From a virus (taxonomy: Duplodnaviria > Heunggongvirae > Uroviricota > Caudoviricetes): a DNA stretch of 18,128 nt. The notes beneath the pieces are model-generated. The model saw only the letters and a list, made by a program, of their open reading frames with translations. It was not told the DNA's origin and did not search any database. Location: IMG/VR virus record IMGVR_UViG_2814123389_000006, positions 64,001 through 82,128 of that record; one strand, given 5' to 3'. Position numbers and translations under genes: made by a program. Position 1 is the stretch's first letter. Each line of letters opens with the position of its first letter. This document shows, one piece after another, positions 9,530 through 16,372 of the stretch.

Positions 9530-9688
9530 GTGACACCAGCCGAACGACTCGAAGCGGCCATCGACGCATTCGAATCGATGAACATTCCCAGCTCCGATCC
9601 CAACTACGTCTGCCTCAACACGCTGATCGCGATCGGCCAGTTGCTGCTGAACATCGATACCCGTCAAACCCAAGGAGCCACAACGTGA
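9530..9688 (+). CDS. Small hypothetical protein, 52 aa (MTPAERLEAAIDAFESMNIPSSDPNYVCLNTLIAIGQLLLNIDTRQTQGATT)
   Basis: Not in the ORF track. CAGGAGG RBS at 9512-9518, GTG start, and a GTGA overlap with the next gene. Fills the gap exactly. Confidence 0.65.
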   Translation: MTPAERLEAAIDAFESMNIPSSDPNYVCLNTLIAIGQLLLNIDTRQTQGATT

Positions 9689-9972
9689 CACCAGAACTGG
9701 AAGCCATCCGCGATGCGATGGATAAAGCCAGCGGCGATGGTCGCGACCAGACCGAGGCAGTCGCTCTCGCCGACGCGTACGTGGCCGCCCACCCCGACGA
9801 GTTTGCCTACCTGGCAACCATGTCCATCGAATCGTGCGTGGCGTTCATCGACGTGTTCCGCGCCCAGGGTGACGAGGACAGCCAGTGGCGCGTCGAGGCC
9901 TGGCTGCTGCACCACTTCGAGCCGCAAACCATCGGCGGGACCGTCGAGGCGAAAGTGAGGGTCCAGCAGTGA
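9685..9972 (+). CDS. Hypothetical protein, 95 aa (MTPELEAIRDAM...FEPQTIGGTVEAKVRVQQ)
   Basis: AAGGAG RBS at 9672-9677 and GTGA overlaps at both ends. It is the 3' part of the 8911..9972 ORF. Confidence 0.7.
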   Translation: MTPELEAIRDAMDKASGDGRDQTEAVALADAYVAAHPDEFAYLATMSIESCVAFIDVFRAQGDEDSQWRVEAWLLHHFEPQTIGGTVEAKVRVQQ

Positions 9973-10412
9973 GTCTCTACCTGCACACAAACGTGGTCAC
10001 TGGAATGCTCGGTGGCGGGGCCGCTCAAACCCTCGCCGCAGCAATTGACGCGGGCACCGCGGCGGTCATCGAGATCTACAACGGCCCCGTTCCGGCCAAT
10101 GCCGATGCGGCGGAAAGCAACACGCTGCTGGCATCGCTCGTCTGCTCGCCGACTGCGTTCTCTGGGTACAGCGACACCGGCACCGCGGCGCGGGCGACGT
10201 TTGGCCCCATCACGTCGGACACGTCGGCTGACGCCACGGGCACCGCAACGCATTTCCGCATCAAGACGCAGACCGGTGGCGCTGTGATCGCGCAGGGCGA
10301 GGTCGGCATCGCGGGATCCGGCAAGGAGCTGATCATGCAGACCGTTGCGTTCACTGCTGGGTCTACGGTGTCGATCTCCACTGCGTGGATCGACCTGCCC
10401 AAGGGCCCATAG
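9969..10412 (+). CDS. Putative virion/tail-associated beta-rich protein, 147 aa
   Basis: GTGA-coupled start. IEIYNGPVPANAD...TLLASL...ATGTATHFRI...QG.VG pattern resembles small structural genes at the end of phage tail clusters. Confidence 0.65.
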   Translation: MSLYLHTNVVTGMLGGGAAQTLAAAIDAGTAAVIEIYNGPVPANADAAESNTLLASLVCSPTAFSGYSDTGTAARATFGPITSDTSADATGTATHFRIKTQTGGAVIAQGEVGIAGSGKELIMQTVAFTAGSTVSISTAWIDLPKGP

Positions 10413-10552
10413 TGACTAGGCCGATCCTGGGGGCTGTCGTGCTGGGCTACATTGCCGGACTCGTTCTGGTGGGCGTGCTCGGTGCCGCGGTGATGTACGG
10501 CTGGCCGATCGTCGATTCGATCGTCGACCGGGACACACTTCACCACTTCTAG
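10412..10552 (+). CDS. Small single-pass membrane protein, 46 aa (MTRPILGAVVLGYIAGLVLVGVLGAAVMYGWPIVDSIVDRDTLHHF)
   Basis: Not in the ORF track. GTG shares a base with the previous TAG; about 25-aa hydrophobic segment; TAG at 10550-10552. Confidence 0.6.
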   Translation: MTRPILGAVVLGYIAGLVLVGVLGAAVMYGWPIVDSIVDRDTLHHF

Positions 10553-10623
10553 TCCAGTTGTAAGGGCGGGTTGCCCAGGTATAAGTGCGGCCGACCCGCA
10601 AACCCCTGAAACCAATTTTCTCC

Positions 10624-10653
10624 ACCCCGGCACCACTCGGTGACCGGGGTTTT
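10624..10653 (+). terminator. Terminator-like hairpin just before Lysin A
   Basis: ACCCCGG-CACC-actc-GGTG-a-CCGGGGT followed by TTT (11-bp stem with one bulge). Confidence 0.55.
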
Positions 10654-10675
10654 CGCTGTGCCCGAAAGGACCGAA

Positions 10676-12037
10676 ATGGCACTTCGCTACTGGCCGCTCG
10701 GAGCTGGCCGCATCATCACCAGCCCGTTCGGGCCGCGCGCCGGCAGCGTCCACACCGGTGTCGACTTCGGCCGCGTTGGCGGCTCCGGCGGCATGCCGGT
10801 CTACGCCGTGCAGTCCGGCACCGTCATCTACGCCGGAGCCGCCCAAGGCTACGGCGGCCCAGATCCCGCCGGGTGGCTGGTCATCGACTCGACCGATACC
10901 GAGGGCGGCGGCTGCCTCGAATACGGCCACATCATCCGCGAGGTCGGTCTGGGGCAGCGCGTCACCGCGGGGCAGCGGATCGGCCACATCAACCCGAGCT
11001 CGGCGACGAACGGCGGCGTGGCCCCGCATCTGCACCTGTCCGACATGCCGCTCGCGTACAACCCCGCGGCCAAACAGGACCCCATGCGTCGGCTCGCCGG
11101 CGCACTCGAGCCCGGGACGGCGCCGCCGAAACCCGAAACCCAAACGCCCCCCGCGAGTTCGACAGGAGCACCGGCTATGCCCATCGCAAGACCCGTCACC
11201 AGAAGCATGATTTCGCCGTCGCACTACGCCGGACGAGGCGGTGCGACCCCACGCTGGATCGCCGTCCACACCCAGGAGGGCGGCCGGACCGCGGAAGGGC
11301 TCGCCCAGTTCCTGGGGGTCAAGGCCAACCAGGTCAGCTACAACGTCGTCAACGACGACCGCGAGATCATCCAGGTCGTCAACGACAACGACGCGCCGTG
11401 GGCCGCGTCGGGCGCCAATAACTACGCCCTGCACATCTGCTTGGCTGGCAGCTATGCCGCATGGTCGCGCGGTAAGTGGCTTGAGACCGATGACCGGGAC
11501 GGCAAGAACGAGGACGCCGAACTGACGTTGGCGGCCAAGCAGATTGCGTACTGGTGCTCCGAGCGCAACATTCCGGCCGAGTACATCGGTGGACGCGGTA
11601 TTCCGTGGGGTTACGACGGCATCTGCGGACACATGGACTTCGGGTCCTGGGGCGGCGGCCACCACGACCCGGGCGTGAACTTCCCGTGGGACGAGCTGAT
11701 CCGCCGGGTGAAGGCGTTCCTCGCGGGTGCTGCCCCGGCCCCGCTGCCCCCGGTGGTCCCGGTGGGGCCCGGCGGCGGTGCGCCGGTGAACCCGTCCACC
11801 AGTGGGTACTTCGGCGGGCTGCTGTACATGGGCAGCAAGGGCCCGCAGGTGGCCGAGCTGCAGCGCCGACTCAAGGCGGCCTACGCCTCCTATGCCGGGC
11901 ACCTGCCGGTCGACGGGGACTTCGGCCCGCTCACCGACGCCGCAGTTCGGATCTTCCAGTCCCGCTCCGGCCTGGTGGCCGACGGCATTGTCGGTCCGCA
12001 GACGGCGGCGGCACTGAAGCTGAAGGCGGTTGCCTGA
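10676..12037 (+). CDS. lysA: Lysin A endolysin: M23 peptidase + amidase_2 + peptidoglycan-binding domain, about 453 aa
   Basis: GAAAGGA RBS at 10664-10670 before ATG 10676. M23 motifs HTGVDF and HLHL, Pro/Thr linker, amidase motifs VHTQEG and GHMDF...HHDPG.NFPW, and PGBD motif DGDFGPLTDAAVRIFQ...DGIVGPQT. Confidence 0.92.
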   Translation: MALRYWPLGAGRIITSPFGPRAGSVHTGVDFGRVGGSGGMPVYAVQSGTVIYAGAAQGYGGPDPAGWLVIDSTDTEGGGCLEYGHIIREVGLGQRVTAGQRIGHINPSSATNGGVAPHLHLSDMPLAYNPAAKQDPMRRLAGALEPGTAPPKPETQTPPASSTGAPAMPIARPVTRSMISPSHYAGRGGATPRWIAVHTQEGGRTAEGLAQFLGVKANQVSYNVVNDDREIIQVVNDNDAPWAASGANNYALHICLAGSYAAWSRGKWLETDDRDGKNEDAELTLAAKQIAYWCSERNIPAEYIGGRGIPWGYDGICGHMDFGSWGGGHHDPGVNFPWDELIRRVKAFLAGAAPAPLPPVVPVGPGGGAPVNPSTSGYFGGLLYMGSKGPQVAELQRRLKAAYASYAGHLPVDGDFGPLTDAAVRIFQSRSGLVADGIVGPQTAAALKLKAVA

Positions 12038-12038
12038 A

Positions 12039-13256
12039 ATGGCTTGGGCAGCACCGTCGCAGGTCGGCGATCGCGCGGCAGACATTCCCGCCGGGAAGGC
12101 GAAGCTCCGCAAGTACGAGTACGGCCGGGAGAACCTCACCGGCGACGACAGCGACGTGTACACGAAGGGCTTCGGCATCGCGCTGCGCCGATTCCAGTCG
12201 ATCGTGCACGGCGAGGTCCTCACCGGTAAGCGCCAGACGCCGGACGTGAACACCGACGGTGTCTACGACTGGGCCACCAAGGTGCAGCTCGAGGTGATCG
12301 CCCGGCAGACAGCACCGAAGCCTGAGCCGAAGCTGCGGCATCCCGCGTTCGTGTTCCGTGGCACCGGCGGCATCATCGGCCTCGACTACGTGAGCCGCGT
12401 CTGCCAAGGCGTCGCCGATCTGGTCGAGGAGATCAACCCCGATTGGCCGGCCACCATGGGCGGCATCCCGGTCGGCACCGCTGGCGGTATCGGCGACCCG
12501 TCGATGTGGCGTGGTGTGCAGATCGCGCTGACCGACGCGCAGAAGCGGTTCCTGGCGATCCTGGCCGTCCGGCCCAAGGTCAAGATCATCGTCGGCGGAT
12601 ACTCGGCCGGAGCCGTCGCCGCGGCCCTGTTCCGTCAGTGGATCCTCGAGCGGTTCCCCGAGAACTACTTGTGCAGCTTCAGTTTGGGGGACCCGACGCG
12701 GCCTGCTGGCGGCGGCTACTACCCGGGCGTCGCCACCGACGGACAGGGCATCAGTTCGTGGCGCTACGGCGATGTTCGCGACTGGCGGCATTGCTGGCTG
12801 GCTCAACCGGGCGACATGTACACCGCGGTTCCGTTCGGCAAGACCGGCGAGATCATGCAGGACGCGTTCGACATGGTGACCCAGATCGAGCTGTCGAATC
12901 TCGTCGATACGGCGAAGGCGATCGTGCCGGTCATCCCGGAGATCCTGTCCGACGCCGGCATTGAACTGCCGGAGGTGTTCAAGGCGCTGCAGGGCGGTGC
13001 CCCGGCCCTGATCGGTTTCTGGGGGCCGATGCTGTTCGGCGCTCTCACCGGACTGCTCGGCGGTAACCCGAACACCGTCACCGGCACCGCCGCCGCGGCG
13101 CAGGCCGCGCTCATCGCGCTCAAGTTCGCGACCGACAGTCCGCCGACGCGGCCGCACATCACCTACGAGTTCGGCGAGGTGTGGCCCGGCCAGACGTATC
13201 TCGGGCTGGCAATTCAGCACGTCCGGGAGTACGCGAGCGCCATCGCTCCTGCCTGA
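12039..13256 (+). CDS. lysB: Lysin B, cutinase-like mycolylarabinogalactan esterase, about 405 aa
   Basis: ATG 1 nt after the lysA stop. Nucleophile motif GGYSAGA, LGDPTR and GDMY motifs, and an N-terminal degenerate PG-binding region (FQ...DGVYD). Confidence 0.88.
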   Translation: MAWAAPSQVGDRAADIPAGKAKLRKYEYGRENLTGDDSDVYTKGFGIALRRFQSIVHGEVLTGKRQTPDVNTDGVYDWATKVQLEVIARQTAPKPEPKLRHPAFVFRGTGGIIGLDYVSRVCQGVADLVEEINPDWPATMGGIPVGTAGGIGDPSMWRGVQIALTDAQKRFLAILAVRPKVKIIVGGYSAGAVAAALFRQWILERFPENYLCSFSLGDPTRPAGGGYYPGVATDGQGISSWRYGDVRDWRHCWLAQPGDMYTAVPFGKTGEIMQDAFDMVTQIELSNLVDTAKAIVPVIPEILSDAGIELPEVFKALQGGAPALIGFWGPMLFGALTGLLGGNPNTVTGTAAAAQAALIALKFATDSPPTRPHITYEFGEVWPGQTYLGLAIQHVREYASAIAPA

Positions 13257-13334
13257 CCTCATTCCTGTGCTCGAAACCGGAATACCCGCAGGTCATGTCC
13301 GGCTTGCGGTTTCACCCTGAAAGGAAACCCCGCC

Positions 13335-13673
13335 ATGTCCACACCAGACACCAGCGTGTTCAGCATCCGATCGTGGGAGCAGTTCCGCGCATTCCTGTAC
13401 GTCCTGGCCCCGCTGGTCATTGCCGCCACCGTGACAACCCACACCGCCGAGTGGGTGGGCCTGGCGGCGGCCGTGCTCGCCCCGTCACTGGCGTCCTGGA
13501 AATCGGTCACCGGGTTCCGCACGGGATTCCAGGGCGTACTCGCCGCGCTTCAGGTCCTGCTGGTGGCACTGCATCTCGTGACCGACGCGCAGTTCACCAC
13601 CTGGGCACAGATCGCGCTGGCCGTCGTCGGCGGAGGTGTCGCGGCAGCCAACGTGTACGCACCGAAGGCGTGA
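13335..13673 (+). CDS. Putative holin, 112 aa
   Basis: AAAGGA RBS, several hydrophobic helices, position directly after lysA-lysB. Confidence 0.75.
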   Translation: MSTPDTSVFSIRSWEQFRAFLYVLAPLVIAATVTTHTAEWVGLAAAVLAPSLASWKSVTGFRTGFQGVLAALQVLLVALHLVTDAQFTTWAQIALAVVGGGVAAANVYAPKA

Positions 13674-14128
13674 CGGCGCCGGGACCGGTCGTCAACATCG
13701 ACGACTGGTACGACCTCGCGGCGGTTGGGTTCCTGACGGTCGGTGGTTGGGTGACTACCCTCATCACGGTGTGGTGGGGGCAGCGTCGCCATAACGACAA
13801 CGTCACCGACGTGAAAAAGGACGTGACCGAGGTCAAGGGTGACCTGGGTGCAATTCGCACCCAGGTGGAGAACAGCCACCAGACCAACCTCCGCGACGAC
13901 ATCGACAGGCTCGCCCGGTTGATCGAAAGCAACACCCAGACAACCGAGTTGGTGTCTCGCCAACTCGGCGAGGTCAAGCAGCACGTCATCACTCACGGCA
14001 AAGACATCGGCGGTCTGCGCGATGAAGTGGGCGACGTCCGTGGTGAGATGAGGCAGGAGCGGCGCAACCGGGAGAAGGACAACGAGGAGTTGCGGCGCAA
14101 GATCGACGGTCTCGCGCAGCAGCAGTAG
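13670..14128 (+). CDS. Lysis-cassette membrane protein, DUF2746-like (one TM + coiled coil), 152 aa
   Basis: GTGA overlap with the holin. N-terminal TM helix, NSHQTNLRDDID motif, heptad-rich C-terminus. Confidence 0.75.
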   Translation: MTAPGPVVNIDDWYDLAAVGFLTVGGWVTTLITVWWGQRRHNDNVTDVKKDVTEVKGDLGAIRTQVENSHQTNLRDDIDRLARLIESNTQTTELVSRQLGEVKQHVITHGKDIGGLRDEVGDVRGEMRQERRNREKDNEELRRKIDGLAQQQ

Positions 14129-14142
14129 TTCAGAGCGAAACG

Positions 14143-14177
14143 AATCGCCCCCTGGCCTTCGGGCCGGGGGGCGATTT
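14143..14177 (+). terminator. Intrinsic terminator closing the late/lysis operon
   Basis: 15-bp stem AATCGCCCCCTGGCC / GGCCGGGGGGCGATT with a C(UUCG)G tetraloop, 14 nt after the stop codon. Confidence 0.85.
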
Positions 14178-14267
14178 CCCATTGGTGGCGAACACTCGAA
14201 AGGTCTGCATGTCGGCATATTTTGGTGAAGATGTGACGAAATCGGCAGGGGCGCAACGTTATTCGAG

Positions 14268-14276
14268 TGTTAGGAT
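14268..14276 (+). promoter_or_regulatory. Candidate extended -10 promoter (TGT-TAGGAT) for the 14328-15516 operon
   Basis: Fits TGN-TANNNT in an AT-enriched intergenic gap after the terminator. No clear -35. Overlapped by one arm of a perfect 10-bp inverted repeat. Confidence 0.5.
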
Positions 14277-14327
14277 GCGAGGAACGGGGCAGGCAAGGGC
14301 CAGCCCAATCCCGAAGGGGGCAACCCG

Positions 14328-14717
14328 ATGGTGTTGTGCATGGCGAGCAAGTATCCGTGGGGTGGCGTCCCACGCTGCACGCTCCCCGAAGGTCATGCCG
14401 GCGACGAGCATGTGGCGGAGGGACTCGTCGACTACCGGACGGGCAAAGCACCAGTGGTCGCCACCTGGTCGGTGTCCGCAGCGCCCGTAGCCGATGCCGG
14501 CGACGCCGCGCCGAGGATCAAATGGAAGCGGACCCGTCCAGGCCACTACATCGGAGCGATCGACCGCAAGGTTCGCTACGCGATGGCGAAAGTCAACGGC
14601 CGATGGATCGTAAGCACCCAACCAGGCGGTGTCGTGGTCGGCTCGGCGGCCCGAACCGAAGAGGCCAAAAGCGTTGCTGAAATCCACGTCAGCGAACCAA
14701 AAGGGGTGCTGTCATGA
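14328..14717 (+). CDS. Hypothetical protein with N-terminal C-x12-C-x5-H-x4-H motif, 129 aa
   Basis: GAAGGGGG RBS 7 nt upstream and an ATGA overlap with the next gene. Confidence 0.7.
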   Translation: MVLCMASKYPWGGVPRCTLPEGHAGDEHVAEGLVDYRTGKAPVVATWSVSAAPVADAGDAAPRIKWKRTRPGHYIGAIDRKVRYAMAKVNGRWIVSTQPGGVVVGSAARTEEAKSVAEIHVSEPKGVLS

Positions 14718-15094
14718 GTGGCATGGACGGCGCGAAGGCCGGAGCCCGGCGTGCCGCTTACCAGAAGATCCGGCACGACTGCGCCTGCGGTCGGGTGTTG
14801 CGCGGCAACCTCGCCACGTCGCATCTGCGGGCGTGCGAGACCAACCTGCGGGAGAGCGGCTGGCCACTCGACGCGGGGATGAAAGAGGTTCTACTGAAGG
14901 AGTGCGGCGGCCGCCGACAGGCGCCGACCTACGCCCACATCGTGCGTGCGGTCGAGCGTGGCCTGGGGAAGATTTACCTGGAACGCCGGCAGCGGGGAGA
15001 CAAGACTCCGTTGCCCTGGATCGAGTACCGCGACGAGGTCTGGCGGCTCGCCGACGCCGCGGTGGTCAACCCCGCGGCCGGCGCCAGCTCGTGA
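14714..15094 (+). CDS. Basic hypothetical protein with C-x-C-x11-H-x3-C motif, 126 aa
   Basis: AAAGGGG RBS; coupled by ATGA upstream and a possible GTGA downstream. Confidence 0.7.
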   Translation: MSGMDGAKAGARRAAYQKIRHDCACGRVLRGNLATSHLRACETNLRESGWPLDAGMKEVLLKECGGRRQAPTYAHIVRAVERGLGKIYLERRQRGDKTPLPWIEYRDEVWRLADAAVVNPAAGASS

Positions 15095-15147
15095 ACAGGC
15101 ACATGTGCGAGGATGGCTCGCTGCCGGAGCAAGATGGAGAGCTATTC

Positions 15148-15516
15148 GTGACGCCTGCCGAGTTGCGCTGCCTGCGCGAGTTCCTGGGCCTGACAACCGC
15201 GTGGCTGGCCGATCGCCTTGGGATCCGGGAGCGGCGCCTCCAGCGGATGGAGGCCGGCGCAGAGCCCATCCCAGATGGCGTCGCCGCCGAGATCGACGAC
15301 CTCGCCGCGACAACCGCCGAGTACGTCGAGCAGCTGCTCAACGAGTTCGATGACACCGACGAAGCTGCAACGCTGATCACCTACCGGACCGACGCCGCGT
15401 TCAAGGCGTCAGGTGGATTGGGCAAGACGTTCCCCGCCTCATGGCACCGCGCCGTCGCGGCCCGGGTGGCCGAGCAGATCGACACACTAACGCTGGAGTA
15501 CTCGGCCGAGGGTTAG
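15148..15516 (+). CDS. XRE-HTH regulator, Aca2/YdiL (DUF1870)-like, 122 aa (alternative start GTG 15091, 141 aa)
   Basis: MTPAELRCLREFLGLTTAWLADRLGIRERRLQRMEAGAEPIPDGV HTH, followed by LITYRTD and FPASWHRAVAARVA, which I recognise as the actinobacterial DUF1870-type C-terminus. GGAGAG RBS at 15136-15141. Confidence 0.75.
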   Translation: MTPAELRCLREFLGLTTAWLADRLGIRERRLQRMEAGAEPIPDGVAAEIDDLAATTAEYVEQLLNEFDDTDEAATLITYRTDAAFKASGGLGKTFPASWHRAVAARVAEQIDTLTLEYSAEG

Positions 15517-15983
15517 CCGAAGCTCAGGAGCTGGACCGAGATGCCGGTGAGATAGAACGCCGCATCGCCGCGATCCAGTGTGATGGTCGTCTGGTGACTT
15601 GCGAGCGACCCGTCCTGATCGATCGTCGAGGACGTCGCCTCCCCGGATCGGCTGTCGATACCTACCACCCCGGAGGCGATCACGTTGTCGTGGCCGTCCG
15701 GGCCGCAGGGGACGCTGCTGCACCGAGCCCAGAGCCCACTGGTGGCGTTCGGCTGGAGGGTGACCCTGTACGTGCCCGCAGGGATCGGCTGCAGGCCGTG
15801 CGCCGGTTCGTCGCCCACTGCGAACGTGCCAGGTCCTCCGTACCGATCGCCGACGGCGACCTTGGCCGGCGCCTGGGTGGTTGCCGACGACACTGCCTCA
15901 GTGGTCGAACCGCTGCATCCGACTGTCGTCAGGAACGCGACGGCAGCACCAGCAGCGAGCATCGAGCGGACCGCGGTAGTCAT
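15513..15983 (-). CDS. Predicted lipoprotein, 156 aa
   Basis: Signal peptide with lipobox TVG-C, Ser/Thr/Ala linker, then GPGTFAVG...PAGTYRV and a Cys pair. Stop codon overlaps that of the convergent HTH gene. Confidence 0.75.
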   Translation of the reverse strand: MTTAVRSMLAAGAAVAFLTTVGCSGSTTEAVSSATTQAPAKVAVGDRYGGPGTFAVGDEPAHGLQPIPAGTYRVTLQPNATSGLWARCSSVPCGPDGHDNVIASGVVGIDSRSGEATSSTIDQDGSLASHQTTITLDRGDAAFYLTGISVQLLSFG

Positions 15984-16037
15984 GCGCGCACCGTACCGTG
16001 ACCGTCGCCGTGCCGTGATGCCAACGGGCGGAACGGC

Positions 16038-16313
16038 TTACCCGCCGCTGGCTGGGTGGGCGTCGGAGGGCCCGGTGGTGTCGCCGCGGTGGTCCTCGGC
16101 GATTCGGGTGGCGAGGTTCTCGATGGCTTCGTCGGTGAGGTAGTGGCGCGCGGCACGCCGACTGATCCCCATCAGTTCGGCCAAGGTGTCAAGATGTTCG
16201 GACACCATGTCAGTGGCGACTTGCTCTGTAACGGTCAGTCCGTGGCAGGCCAGGTTGGCAAGCAGTACGGATGAGCGCTGTGCAAGCCACTGGGATCTGC
16301 GACGAAGAGACAT
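16038..16313 (-). CDS. Hypothetical protein, 91 aa, homologous to the gene at 17895-18128
   Basis: Visible alignment with the 17895-18128 protein (RSQW/RSPW, HGL, H, R..AR, TD, A..IA). GAGGAAGG upstream. Confidence 0.7.
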   Translation of the reverse strand: MSLRRRSQWLAQRSSVLLANLACHGLTVTEQVATDMVSEHLDTLAELMGISRRAARHYLTDEAIENLATRIAEDHRGDTTGPSDAHPASGG

Positions 16314-16372
16314 TCGCTAATTGTGACCTTCCTCGGTAGTTTTTACTACTAGAGGGGTGTTTATTAGGACCT

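Noticed and set aside
10076-12253. 725-aa minus-strand ORF, plus other long antisense ORFs (11931-13262, 2409-3245, 38-691, 16424-17284)
   Set aside because: Shadows of well-supported genes on the opposite strand in high-GC DNA. Arg/Gly/Pro-rich translations with no motifs.
8166-15516. Long upstream starts given by the ORF track (8166, 8911, 9885, 10640, 12030, 13181, 14629)
   Set aside because: They overlap upstream genes or lack an RBS. Downstream starts with RBS or 4-bp coupling (8316, 9685, 9969, 10676, 12039, 13670, 15091/15148) fit better.
14714-15516. Classical HigBA-type toxin-antitoxin pair
   Set aside because: The upstream protein shows no RelE/HigB, HicA or PIN features I can recognise, and the HTH protein has a DUF1870-like rather than HigA-like C-terminus. 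Not fully excluded without a toxicity test.
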